Virus record (IMG/VR): IMGVR_UViG_3300023301_000008
Span: 367 to 64,366 of that record
DNA length: 64,000 bases
Reading direction: 5' to 3' (one strand)
Source of the DNA: a virus
Taxonomy: Duplodnaviria > Caudoviricetes
Positions 27,831-36,776 of the stretch are shown here, piece by piece; position 1 is the stretch's first letter; the number at the start of each line of letters is the position of its first letter. The position numbers and the translations under genes are program-made. The notes under the pieces are model-generated. The model did not search any database, had not been told where the DNA came from, and saw only the letters and a list, made by a program, of their open reading frames with translations.

Positions 27831-27844
27831 ATACAATTCAATAT

Positions 27845-27917
27845 GGGGGTCTAGCTCAATGGGTAGAGCGTCGGTTTTGCAAATCGAAGGCAGGGGGATC
27901 GTAGCCCCCGACCTCCA
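27845..27917 (+). tRNA. tRNA-Ala(TGC)
   Basis: tcggt-ttTGCaa-atcga; G3:U70 present. Confidence 0.88.
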
Positions 27918-27922
27918 CTTAT

Positions 27923-27995
27923 GGGCCTTTAGCACAATTGGTAGTGCACATTTCTGGCAGGAATGAGGTTGCGCGTTCGAGTCGCGTAGGGTCCA
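27923..27995 (+). tRNA. tRNA-Ala(GGC)
   Basis: cattt-ctGGCag-gaatg; G3:U70 present. Confidence 0.88.
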
Positions 27996-28034
27996 CTCCT
28001 ATTTTACAGGTTTTCCTGCAATTTTAAGAAAGAC

Positions 28035-28063
28035 TTGCGCCCGTGAAAGTTTCGTGCTAGAGT
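28035..28063 (+). promoter_or_regulatory. Putative sigmaA-type promoter of the Y RNA/Ro60 operon
   Basis: ttgcgc-N17-tagagt, same pattern as the other phage promoters. Confidence 0.6.
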
Positions 28064-28096
28064 CTTACTTAGACGTTACAACTTAACAGAGAATTC

Positions 28097-28189
28097 GGTG
28101 TACGAGCCGGATGACAGACCGTTATCAAATCCGACTAATAATCAGACACGGCGAAAGCCAATCGGTCTTCAATAACATGCTCGTTCACC
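28097..28189 (+). ncRNA. Y RNA-like unit 1
   Basis: Terminal stem ggtgtacgagc/gctcgttcacc with GAGCCGGA and ACATGCTC; second stem agaccg/cggtct. Confidence 0.75.
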
Positions 28190-28196
28190 ACAAGCT

Positions 28197-28304
28197 TAGT
28201 GGGCCGGATGTTTTCGGTTATCTCTCACATAGAAGCGAAGGCACGTTCGATTCGTGCGACGGTCTGGCTACCTAGTTACCCCGATGGCAATTACATGCCC
28301 ACTA
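28197..28304 (+). ncRNA. Y RNA-like unit 2 (contains a T arm)
   Basis: tagtgggc/gcccacta stem, GGGCCGGA...ACATGCCC; internal gcacg-ttcgatt-cgtgc. Confidence 0.75.
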
Positions 28305-28311
28305 TAACAAC

Positions 28312-28443
28312 TTGACGAGCCGGAGATTGTTCGGTTATCTATGGAACAGAAGAGGTTGTCGGTTCGAGTCCGGCAACACCCTTAGGGGTGTTTAGCTCAA
28401 TCGGCAGAGCACTAAAACCCGAGTGTCATAACATGTTCGTCAA
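28312..28443 (+). ncRNA. YrlA-type Y RNA (unit 3)
   Basis: ttgacgagc/gttcgtcaa stem; T arm gtcgg-ttcgagt-ccggc, loop-closed acceptor aacaccc-ttag-gggtgtt, D arm gctc-aatcggca-gagc; this is the YrlA topology. Confidence 0.85.
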
Positions 28444-28452
28444 TAACCTTTC

Positions 28453-28622
28453 GGTGCGAGCCGAAGAGAATTGGTTACCCATGGAAGCCAGAGGTACGGT
28501 CGCTTGACGGCCCACTGCACTCTGGACTAGGCTGAGCTAGGCTCTCAGATATTGTGCGTAGAAACGCTCAAATAGCTGGAGGAAGTACCAGCACTTCCGA
28601 TTTTCACACACATGTTCGCACT
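28453..28622 (+). ncRNA. Y RNA-like unit 4 (multi-hairpin domain)
   Basis: ggtgcgagc/gttcgcact stem, GAGCCGAA...ACATGTTC; gagaattgg/ccgattttc; several internal hairpins. Confidence 0.7.
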
Positions 28623-28653
28623 ACAACTTCGCAGCCAAAGATGTCTGCACAAA

Positions 28654-28678
28654 TATGTTCGTCACAGGGCGAGCCGGA
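28654..28678 (+). promoter_or_regulatory. Permuted Ro-binding-like hairpin in the 5' UTR of the Ro60 N-half
   Basis: tat-gttcgtc-acag-ggcgagc-cgga, about 20 nt before the ATG. Confidence 0.6.
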
Positions 28679-28697
28679 AAAGAAAGAAGACAAAGAA

Positions 28698-29261
28698 ATG
28701 ACAGATTCACTTAAGACAGTACGCACCCGTGCCGCATCCCAGCTTGATCCTGCAAAAGCTCCTCAGACTGTTCGGACCCGCGAGGACCAGGTGCAGAACA
28801 ACGCAGGCGGTTTTGTATTTTCCGTCAACGACATGGAACGCGCCAAGCGCTTCCTCATTCTAGGTTCTGAGAAGAACTTCTACACTTCTGGGCAGAAGCT
28901 CTCGAAGGAGAACGCTGGTGTCATCACCAAGCTGGCTTCCGACGCTGAGGCTGGCATCCAGCTCGTGGACCTGATCACGGAGATTTCTGTGGCCGGTCGC
29001 GCTCCCAAGCAGAACCCTGCTCTCTTCGCTCTGGCTATTGCAGCTTCGAGTCCCGAAGAGTCGGTACGTTCGTATGCCCTCGACAAGTTGACTGATGTTG
29101 CGCGAACCGCTACACATTTGTTTATCTTCGTAGGGTATGTTGAACAGTTCCGTGGTTGGGGCCGTGCACTTCGTCGTGCTGTTGGAGGTTGGTATCTGTT
29201 CCACGAAGGACGTGGGTCTCTTGCATACCAAGTGACAAAGTATCGTAGTCGTGTGGTATAA
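28698..29261 (+). CDS. Ro60/TROVE RNA-binding protein, N-terminal part
   Basis: DQVQNNAGGFVF, RFLILGSE, GRAPKQNPALFALA, RTATHLF, GWGRALRRAV..WY, LAYQVTKYR. Confidence 0.92.
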   Translation: MTDSLKTVRTRAASQLDPAKAPQTVRTREDQVQNNAGGFVFSVNDMERAKRFLILGSEKNFYTSGQKLSKENAGVITKLASDAEAGIQLVDLITEISVAGRAPKQNPALFALAIAASSPEESVRSYALDKLTDVARTATHLFIFVGYVEQFRGWGRALRRAVGGWYLFHEGRGSLAYQVTKYRSRVV

Positions 29262-29292
29262 TGGAATCTTTCTGATTCTCATTTTCGAAAAT

Positions 29293-29320
29293 TATGCTCA
29301 CTAGTTGTGAGCCGAAAGGA
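29293..29320 (+). promoter_or_regulatory. Permuted Ro-binding-like hairpin plus RBS of the Ro60 C-half
   Basis: tat-gctcac-tagtt-gtgagc-cga directly abutting aaagga, 7 nt before the ATG. Confidence 0.65.
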
Positions 29321-29327
29321 ATAAAAA

Positions 29328-30398
29328 ATGACAAACACTGCTTGGACACACCGTGATGTCTTACGACTATCACATCCCAACATTACGGACGATAATCTGG
29401 TGAATTGGATGACCGGCAAGGATTTTGATCTAGATACCCTACCTGCTCAGACTAAGGGGTATGAGCTTGCCAAGAGCCCTGGCGCAGACGTGCCTGCACT
29501 CATTCGTGAGTACGGGCTGAGCTGGGAGATGATCCCGACTCAGGCACTCAACACGCCTGCCACGTGGGATGCACTGATGGACGGTAACGTTCCTCTCGGT
29601 GCGCTGATCCGTCAGCTCCCGCGTCTGACTCGTATTGGGTGGCTTGCACCTATGAATGCGAACACGGCTTTGGTCGTGACTCGTCTCACCGATACAGTCC
29701 AGTTGGAGAAGGCTCGTATTCACCCGTTGAATGTTCTGTCCGCGATGAAGACATATTCCGCAGGCGGCGCGACGTACGGGTACAGCAGCTCTGCACGTAA
29801 GCCGCAGATTCCGTACACTCCAGTGCGTGAGATCACAGATGCGTTGGATGCCGCGTTCTACTTGGCGTTCAAGTCAGTCACCCCCGCCAATAAGCGGACG
29901 ATGGTTGGTGTGGACGTGTCAGGATCGATGGCCTCGTACATCGGTGACAGCCCGCTATCCGCAGCAGAAGTTGCTGCAGCTATGGCGCTCGTCACTGTGG
30001 CTACCGAGCCGATGGTTGTGGTCTATGGGTTCTCCCACCAGATCGCAGAACTGCCGATCAGCCCGCGTCAGCGTCTTGACGATGTTCTGGACCTTACGAG
30101 GGATCGTAACTTTGGTGGTACGGACGCAGCTCTTCTAGTGCGTACGGCATCTGCGAAGAACATTCTCGTGGATACGTTCATCGTGATCACTGACAACGAC
30201 ACCTGGGGTATGAGACACGTGTATGCCGAATTGGAGAAGTACCGCGCCAAGACTGGAATTTTGGCCAAGATGATCGTCTTGGCCTGCACCGCAAGCGAGT
30301 TCACTGTTGCGGACCCGAGGGATGATCTGAGCCTAGATATTGCGGGCATGGACTCTGCAGTGCCGCAACTGATTGCTGAGTTCAGTAGAGGGGATTAA
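29328..30398 (+). CDS. Ro60/TROVE protein, C-terminal part including vWA domain
   Basis: WTHRDVLRLSHP, LSWEMIP, RIHPLNVL, MIDAS DVSGSM, GGTD, ITDNDT, DIAGMDS. Confidence 0.92.
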   Translation: MTNTAWTHRDVLRLSHPNITDDNLVNWMTGKDFDLDTLPAQTKGYELAKSPGADVPALIREYGLSWEMIPTQALNTPATWDALMDGNVPLGALIRQLPRLTRIGWLAPMNANTALVVTRLTDTVQLEKARIHPLNVLSAMKTYSAGGATYGYSSSARKPQIPYTPVREITDALDAAFYLAFKSVTPANKRTMVGVDVSGSMASYIGDSPLSAAEVAAAMALVTVATEPMVVVYGFSHQIAELPISPRQRLDDVLDLTRDRNFGGTDAALLVRTASAKNILVDTFIVITDNDTWGMRHVYAELEKYRAKTGILAKMIVLACTASEFTVADPRDDLSLDIAGMDSAVPQLIAEFSRGD

Positions 30399-30534
30399 CA
30401 AATAGAATTCACCCTGTTTTATTTTTAAAAAAGGTTCTTAGAACTTTGCCTTGCTGTATCATCATCAATCTGATAGACTGGGGCTCGACTTATTAATAGG
30501 TCGGGCCCCTTTATCTTTTAAGGAAGCAGAATAA

Positions 30535-30834
30535 ATGCGCGTACGTGAAGTTCATCAGAACGGCAGTGTTATCGAACTGCGTGGACTCTTTAGGGTCAAC
30601 AAAGCGCTGAAGGAGTGGCGAGATCGCCAGGAAGAAGTGCCCAAGAAGGAGGACCCTGAAGACTCCAGACCTAAGGTTACCGGAGTATCTGCTCAGGTGC
30701 ACGGCAGCGGCCAGCGTGACTATCAGATCAGTAAGGGGCGTATCCCCGAGATCAACGCGGAAACCCCCTTCAAATTCGGGTTCCAGCCTAACCCTGCAGC
30801 TCCTGTGGAGCCCAATACTTATCCTGAGGTGTAG
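30535..30834 (+). CDS. Hypothetical protein
   Basis: ORF with aagga RBS. Confidence 0.55.
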   Translation: MRVREVHQNGSVIELRGLFRVNKALKEWRDRQEEVPKKEDPEDSRPKVTGVSAQVHGSGQRDYQISKGRIPEINAETPFKFGFQPNPAAPVEPNTYPEV

Positions 30835-31147
30835 AGCGATCTTCAGATAGCCTGTAGGCCGTCAGTGGGCATCCTGTGCCCTCCAGAGACAGAAATAGCC
30901 GGGCACTTTGTGCTCGGCTTCTGTGCTTCCCGACCACTGGTAGGCCACCGCCAATATATGCGTATGGCCCCAGATCGAGATCGGGATCACCTCCCTGTTA
31001 GAGAATGGGGGTGACCATTCGGATGTCATAGCTCCAGATCAGGCCGCTAAGGGCCAGTTCGGTGAGTTTACGTTCGTTCATGTAGCTCCCATCTGGAGGC
31101 AGTATGCCATCCGTTAGTTTTGTTGTGTCTCCATTGTAGCGAAATTT

Positions 31148-32428
31148 TTAGACCACGACCGGAGTCTCAATGTCAATATTCTTGAAGAATCTGGACACGT
31201 TGGGGTCCACACGAATGTCACTGGGGGCCAGTGGGTGGCGCAGCATAAGTCCGCTGGCTGATGTCACACGACTCAGTGCCACGTACGTCTGCCCCGGGCT
31301 AAATGCTCCGGCTCCGAGGTCAATCTCAATCTCATCCTTGGTCATGCCCTGAGACTTGTGGATTGTTACGGCCCACGCGAGCTTCAAAGGTAGTTGAATG
31401 TATTTAGGAGAGAGCGGGAACATGTCTGGTGCACAGTCGGATGGAATCCACGGGTGGGGACTGATATTGTAGCGTTCTCCATCAATCTCTACTGTCACCC
31501 ACCCTTCATCAGTGCAGGTGACAATCTCGCCTACAGTTCCGTTGACCCAGCGATCCTGGCCATCGTTTGTGAGCATGATGACCTTGGCACCGGGCTTAAG
31601 GTGGATCACGCGTTCGGCTGGTTCGTCTCGTCCGAAGCCGGTACTGACTTTGGCCTCGTAGGAGTACATTTTGCCGGGCAGCTGTGCGAGACTTTGGGAG
31701 TTCTTATCGAACACGGTCTTGTTGTACCCGGCCAAGAGGAGTGTGTCGTCGGTGGGTTTGTTCATTCCCCCCACGATATTGATTAGACGTAGCTCATCAG
31801 AAGTGATCGACCCATCCCGCACCGCGTTCAGCAAGTGGGTGAATTGTTCATCTCCTCGTTGGCGCTGAATCTGCTCCAAAGCGAACGTGTCAAAGCTGGT
31901 GTCGTTCTTCCACACTTTTGCATCGAAGAACCACTCCGAGCGGTACTTACGGAGCTTCAGGTATTTCTTGAAGTCGTCGTTGACTACTGGAGGTAGTTGG
32001 TAGGGGTCGCCGAACATTACCAACCGCATCCCACCAAAGGGTTCGTGGCTGTTGCGAATGATCTGAAGGTTGCGATCCATAGCGTCCATGAGGTCTGAAG
32101 AGATCATCGAGATTTCATCGACAACGAGTACATCAAATTTTCTGATCCACGCGTGATTGTACTGGAGCTTGTTGTGGTCCGCGTACAGGTCTGCGGGGAG
32201 CGCGGTGCCTAGCCCTAGCAGCCTGTGCACGGTCTTGCCGTCCACGCTGAGCGCAGCCACTCCTGTAGATGCCGACACAAGAATTTTGTGTTTGCCTGAG
32301 GCCTGGTAGTGCTTGAGTACATGCGATTTGCCGGTACCGGCACGGCCAGTACAAAATACATGGCCAGAGGTATTATTTAGGTAGTCAATAACCTTCTGCT
32401 GCTCGTCACTAGGGGGTAAAAGTGTCAT
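31148..32428 (-). CDS. PIF1-family SF1B DNA helicase
   Basis: TGRAGTGKS, ASTGVAA, DEISM, FGDPYQLPPV, AWAVTIHKSQG, YVALSR. Confidence 0.95.
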   Translation of the reverse strand: MTLLPPSDEQQKVIDYLNNTSGHVFCTGRAGTGKSHVLKHYQASGKHKILVSASTGVAALSVDGKTVHRLLGLGTALPADLYADHNKLQYNHAWIRKFDVLVVDEISMISSDLMDAMDRNLQIIRNSHEPFGGMRLVMFGDPYQLPPVVNDDFKKYLKLRKYRSEWFFDAKVWKNDTSFDTFALEQIQRQRGDEQFTHLLNAVRDGSITSDELRLINIVGGMNKPTDDTLLLAGYNKTVFDKNSQSLAQLPGKMYSYEAKVSTGFGRDEPAERVIHLKPGAKVIMLTNDGQDRWVNGTVGEIVTCTDEGWVTVEIDGERYNISPHPWIPSDCAPDMFPLSPKYIQLPLKLAWAVTIHKSQGMTKDEIEIDLGAGAFSPGQTYVALSRVTSASGLMLRHPLAPSDIRVDPNVSRFFKNIDIETPVVV

Positions 32429-32463
32429 GGTGTCCTTAGTCTATAGGTATTTATTGGTCGTTG

Positions 32464-33972
32464 TCAACGTGTTTTCACATATCTAGATTTTCCGGCATCC
32501 CATACTCTGAACATGCCGTTGAGGGCTGCAAGCTCTTTTTCTGAGAGGCCTGGGATAGTTTTGAGGTCGGGGTCTCGATTGAATCTGTCTTTGCGGTAGT
32601 TGAACTTGTGCTCCCTACGGCGTGCCCCTCGTCTCAGGTATGTGTAGTCCGGAGGCAGAGTCTTATCTAGAACAAATCCTGTCTTCAAGTAGAGGTCTCC
32701 GGTGGAGACTCTAAGATCAGCGAAAGTGATCCACTCATCCACCTCGTACAAGTTCTCTACGTATTTCATTAGTTTGGGCATCCCTCCCGGCACTCTGGCA
32801 GATGTGGCGTATCGTTCTAGATAGAATGCTCCATTAAGTTTTGATTTTTGTTTGGCAACAAGAACAGCAACATCTTCTCCTTCCGGACTCACCAGCATTG
32901 CGTATACAGTGCCTCTTGCTGCCCCCTGTATGTGGTTGGCCTGTAGAAACGTGCTGGCGCGGTCATAGGACACAGACTCCATCGAACATTTTCTTGTGTT
33001 TATTTTAGAGTCTGTGCTCATGTTCAGCTTGTGTTTAATCATACGTTCTACTGCCTCTCTGTGGTATAGCCACTCGTCTTCCCAGATTTGAATAAGTTGG
33101 ACACCTGAAGCTTCACACGCCCTTAGTCGATTTGCGTGGCTATGTCTGTCTTTATATTTTTCGCTGTGCCAGAAAATCCCATCTAACTCAAAAGCCTGTC
33201 TAGTTTCTGGAATATAGACATCCAACTCATAGGGGGGCACCACACCGGTAACACTATTTTGTGCGGTCGGCTGGAGTGTGTGGATAAATGAGTACAACTC
33301 CTGTTCAATCTTTGAGGTTCCAGTGGTATTGCAGTGTCTACATCCTTGCCCGGACGCACGGTGGTAGACTCCGGTGGACCAGACTCTGCTGCACATGTTA
33401 CAGCGCCATTTGGCTCTGTACTTGGCAGACACCATATAATCCTCGGGGTTCCCGTGATTGTCCTCGTGCCACTCTGAGGCCAGCTCTGGAAATTGATGTA
33501 GAAGAGAATTTTTACGAGATGGGTCAACCTTAATTCCAGCGCAAAACGGACATCCGGATTTTGTTCGATTTCTTTGGTGAGGTGTGGCCTCCCAGGAGTG
33601 TTCTGGGTTGTTTTTGCAAAGCCACCACACTTTTTTTGAGTGGTTTGCAAGAATCTCAGTTGATCTTGTAGGGTTGGTCTTGGAGTACTCTTTATTAAGT
33701 TCTGGGTTAATGTCCGCCAATGAGTTGAACCCGGATAGAACTTTTCGCATGGGTGTGGAGCAGTACGGGCATCCAAAGCCCCTGATGCGGTCTTTGGGGG
33801 TGGCCCTCCATGTGTGGTAGTGTCCACTCTCTGGGTCTGTATGGGACCACTCTAGGAGTTGGTGCGTACCGGGACGCACAGATGTGGTGTGGCTGTACTC
33901 TACTGCCTCACGAGCCAGGTCTGGGAACAGGTCGGCTACGCTTCCCCCAGGGAGAGGAATTTTTGATGTCAT
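32464..33972 (-). CDS. Zinc-ribbon-repeat endonuclease (putative homing endonuclease)
   Basis: Repeated H.W...R...GCP.C units, ELDVY..AFELDGIFWH PD-(D/E)xK-like domain, C-terminal HIQG...FAD...VWDAGK domain. Confidence 0.7.
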   Translation of the reverse strand: MTSKIPLPGGSVADLFPDLAREAVEYSHTTSVRPGTHQLLEWSHTDPESGHYHTWRATPKDRIRGFGCPYCSTPMRKVLSGFNSLADINPELNKEYSKTNPTRSTEILANHSKKVWWLCKNNPEHSWEATPHQRNRTKSGCPFCAGIKVDPSRKNSLLHQFPELASEWHEDNHGNPEDYMVSAKYRAKWRCNMCSRVWSTGVYHRASGQGCRHCNTTGTSKIEQELYSFIHTLQPTAQNSVTGVVPPYELDVYIPETRQAFELDGIFWHSEKYKDRHSHANRLRACEASGVQLIQIWEDEWLYHREAVERMIKHKLNMSTDSKINTRKCSMESVSYDRASTFLQANHIQGAARGTVYAMLVSPEGEDVAVLVAKQKSKLNGAFYLERYATSARVPGGMPKLMKYVENLYEVDEWITFADLRVSTGDLYLKTGFVLDKTLPPDYTYLRRGARRREHKFNYRKDRFNRDPDLKTIPGLSEKELAALNGMFRVWDAGKSRYVKTR

Positions 33973-34014
33973 TTTAAAAGTATATCACAACTGGAGTGGG
34001 TTGGTAGGACTAGT

Positions 34015-34206
34015 CTACGCGTACAGGTGTGTCGTCTCACATGCGGAGCAGTAGTAGCCCACCAGATTTTCGCGCTTCATGTAGCCGCGTTTCTCCGTCT
34101 GGGTGATCGAGTTGAGGTTATTGAATGACCCCCCGCACGTCTCACACGTGTCGGGGGTTTCAAACAATACGACAGGTTTAATACTTTCTTGATCTTCATT
34201 GTTCAC
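34015..34206 (-). CDS. Small zinc-binding protein
   Basis: CETC and CSAC pairs. Confidence 0.5.
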   Translation of the reverse strand: MNNEDQESIKPVVLFETPDTCETCGGSFNNLNSITQTEKRGYMKRENLVGYYCSACETTHLYA

Positions 34207-35687
34207 TGTAGGTTTCCTCTTTCTGTTTTAGTGTACCTTATTTTACCGGCATCCCATACTCTGTAGAGCCCATTCAAAGTAGCCAGCTCCCGCTCTGTTA
34301 GTTCGGGTTGGTAGAGTAGATCATTATCGAGTCTGAATCTCTTTTTACGGTAATTGAATTTGTGGACACGTGTCTTTCTATTGGATAGGTATGTGTAGTC
34401 TGGGGGAAGAATTTTGTCTACTTGGAATCCAGTTGATTCATATAACCCCCCATCTGTTGTGGCTAGGTCTGCAAATGTGACCCAAGTCTTAACGTCCTCC
34501 ACTTTGGCTATGTGGGCCATCAGTTTAGTGAAGCCTCCCCGGACTAGACCCACCGTGGCGTACCTATCGATGATGTGCTCTCCTGATGAAGACACTCTCC
34601 GGGCCAGTACGGCCCTGAGGACCCCGTCTGAGGTTTTTAGTCCATAGTACCGTGCAACTCTCGGCGGCCCCTGGATGTGGTTTATCATTAAGAATCGTCT
34701 CGCTTCTAGAGCAGAGACTATCCCGGGCACACACTTATTGGCAGATACCCTCTCTCCTGAGAAATTTCCAGTAAGCATTAGTATTCTGTTTTCTATGAGG
34801 GATCGGTTTCTGTCCCAATCATCGCTCCATATTTGAAGAAGTGTGATATTTTTGTCTCGGCACTCCTGGTACTTGTCGTGGTGGTATCCTCTAGGACGGG
34901 TGCCTTCTTTGTGCCACCACAGGCCGTTGAATTCAATTGCCAAGTTGTGATTTGGTATCCAGATGTCCAGCTCTTTGGTTCGCAGTTGGGTTCTGTCTCT
35001 GGGTTGGTGTTCAATGTTGTGGTGGGTGAGGAAGGCCGACAGTTCCTCCTCGGGGCGACTGATAGAGTGTGCACACGTTGGACATCCTGTAGATTGGGAT
35101 GTTCTCATATCTGGAGACGCTAACCACGTGTGCTTTTTGTTGCATGACCAGTCTACTTTTTGGTTGTGCCCTGCTACAACATCTTGAGGAGTCATTCGGC
35201 TGTCTGCCCAGTCTTTGGCTACTTCTGGGTGAGATGTGCCTAGATCGTTGATTCCCACAACAACCTGTCTGTTGTAACACACAGCGCATTTTTGATTTCC
35301 GGCCACTCTATTGTTTACGGTGGCCTCCCACTCATGTCCGCAGGAGCCCAGCCACCATGCCTTGGTTCGGTGTCCTTTTCGGATAGTCTCTGGACCATAG
35401 AGATTCTTTGTGGGGTGCCATTCATCGGCTATGCTGGGGTTTGTGGTGAGTAGGTCATTGAATCCTGCCCAGGTGGCCTTATTGGCACAGTATGGACACT
35501 TTGAACCACGGACGCGCGGTCCGGGCCAGCTCTCCCACTCGTGGTTTAGGGCACACACCCACCAGTATTTTTTGTGTCCAAATGGGCTAATTGTGTTTAA
35601 CGTGGCAGGCAGATTTTTAGTGGGGTGCCACTCTAACAATAGTGATTCGGGGATAATAACCATATACTGATGGTACCATAAAGTCAC
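34203..35687 (-). CDS. Zinc-ribbon-repeat endonuclease, paralog of 32464-33972
   Basis: Same repeats, ELDIW..AIEFNGLWWH, HIQG, FAD, HKFNYRK, VWDAGK. Confidence 0.7.
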   Translation of the reverse strand: MTLWYHQYMVIIPESLLLEWHPTKNLPATLNTISPFGHKKYWWVCALNHEWESWPGPRVRGSKCPYCANKATWAGFNDLLTTNPSIADEWHPTKNLYGPETIRKGHRTKAWWLGSCGHEWEATVNNRVAGNQKCAVCYNRQVVVGINDLGTSHPEVAKDWADSRMTPQDVVAGHNQKVDWSCNKKHTWLASPDMRTSQSTGCPTCAHSISRPEEELSAFLTHHNIEHQPRDRTQLRTKELDIWIPNHNLAIEFNGLWWHKEGTRPRGYHHDKYQECRDKNITLLQIWSDDWDRNRSLIENRILMLTGNFSGERVSANKCVPGIVSALEARRFLMINHIQGPPRVARYYGLKTSDGVLRAVLARRVSSSGEHIIDRYATVGLVRGGFTKLMAHIAKVEDVKTWVTFADLATTDGGLYESTGFQVDKILPPDYTYLSNRKTRVHKFNYRKKRFRLDNDLLYQPELTERELATLNGLYRVWDAGKIRYTKTERGNLQ

Positions 35688-35696
35688 CGGATGCGG

Positions 35697-36776
35697 TTAG
35701 AAGTCCCAGTCCGTTTTCTCCATGGCCGCAGCCTTGGGGTCTTTGTAGGTTGAGCCGCCACCGCTGAAGAAGTCGTGATTCTCTCCCGTAAGGGATAGGG
35801 CAGACAGGATCGTGGCGTTGACCTGTGTCGTGTCGGATGGGAAGAGATTTGGGTATCCCAGATTCTGGAGTGCCTTGTTAGCATTATATCGGAGGTAGGT
35901 TTTGACCTGCTCGGTCAATCCAATCTCGTCGTACAGGTCTTGGGTGAACTGAATCTCATTGTCGTAGAGGTCCATGGTCAAGTTGACCGCGAACTCTTGG
36001 TAGTAGTTCTGTTGTTCCTGTGGGAGCTTGCGAACACCATTCTGGTATTTGTACCCGATGTATTGTCCGTGCACGGCCTCATCCCTAACGATTAGTCGGA
36101 TGATGTCAGCACTGTTGGTAATCTTGCCTCGGGAGGACATGTAGAACGGCCAGAAGAATCCGCTGTAGAACAGAAACGACTCTAGGAGGGTGCTTGCAAT
36201 CTTTCTCTTGTGCGGGTCATCTCCATCGTAGTAGCTGAGAATAATTTCAGCCTTCTTCTGCATCTGAGGATTCTCTTCAACCCAGCGGAAAAGGTCATCG
36301 ATCTCCTCGGTAGAGCAGAGCGTACTGAAGATGTTGCTATAGCTTCGAGCGTGCACTGACTCCATGAAGGCAATGTTGGTGTAGACCGCAGCCTCATGAG
36401 GGGTCACAGAGTCCGGAATGAGGGAGATTGCGCCCACCTCAGATTGGATCGTATCTAGAGCCGTGAGGCCACCGAATACCTTGCGAGTGATGTCCTTCTC
36501 GTTCTCGGTCATATTTCTCCATGAGGGGAGGTCATTGGATACGGCGATCTTCTCTGGGAGCCAGAAGTTCTCGGTGAGCTGGTTCCAAGCGATGCCGTCC
36601 ATCGGGTCTGGGAGTCGGTTCCAGTTGATGGCCGGGACTAGTCGGGGGTTCACCACAGTTGGTCCCCTTGAGGGCAACCTACTCAAGAACTCTAGAGGAC
36701 TGGTGGTGCATCCCGATTCGATGGTTTCTCTCTCAAGCGAGGAGGAATTGTCTGTCATTTCTTTTTCTCTTTCCAA
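35697..36776 (-). CDS. nrdF: Ribonucleotide reductase class Ib beta subunit
   Basis: AINWN, FWLPEKI, LDTIQ, ESVHARSY, ESFLFYSGF, DEAVHG, DWDF C-terminus. Confidence 0.96.
   Translation of the reverse strand: MEREKEMTDNSSSLERETIESGCTTSPLEFLSRLPSRGPTVVNPRLVPAINWNRLPDPMDGIAWNQLTENFWLPEKIAVSNDLPSWRNMTENEKDITRKVFGGLTALDTIQSEVGAISLIPDSVTPHEAAVYTNIAFMESVHARSYSNIFSTLCSTEEIDDLFRWVEENPQMQKKAEIILSYYDGDDPHKRKIASTLLESFLFYSGFFWPFYMSSRGKITNSADIIRLIVRDEAVHGQYIGYKYQNGVRKLPQEQQNYYQEFAVNLTMDLYDNEIQFTQDLYDEIGLTEQVKTYLRYNANKALQNLGYPNLFPSDTTQVNATILSALSLTGENHDFFSGGGSTYKDPKAAAMEKTDWDF

Noticed and set aside
14741-28000. tmRNA or rRNA in the RNA gene region
   Set aside because: No Ala-type tRNA-like ends enclosing a tag ORF, and no rRNA-like sequence seen.
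28097-28622. Repeated motifs read as a CRISPR array
   Set aside because: The repeats are short, degenerate and pair within each unit, spacing is uneven, and there is no cas operon. A Y RNA scaffold explains them.
28554-28697. N-terminal extension of the Ro60 ORF in the ORF track
   Set aside because: It overlaps Y RNA unit 4. Homology and the purine-rich RBS point to the ATG at 28698.
29262-29327. Group I/II intron or gene-60-type ribosomal bypass in Ro60
   Set aside because: 66 nt is too short for a self-splicing intron, there is no matching landing codon beyond the second TAA, and the spacer has its own RBS and ATG.
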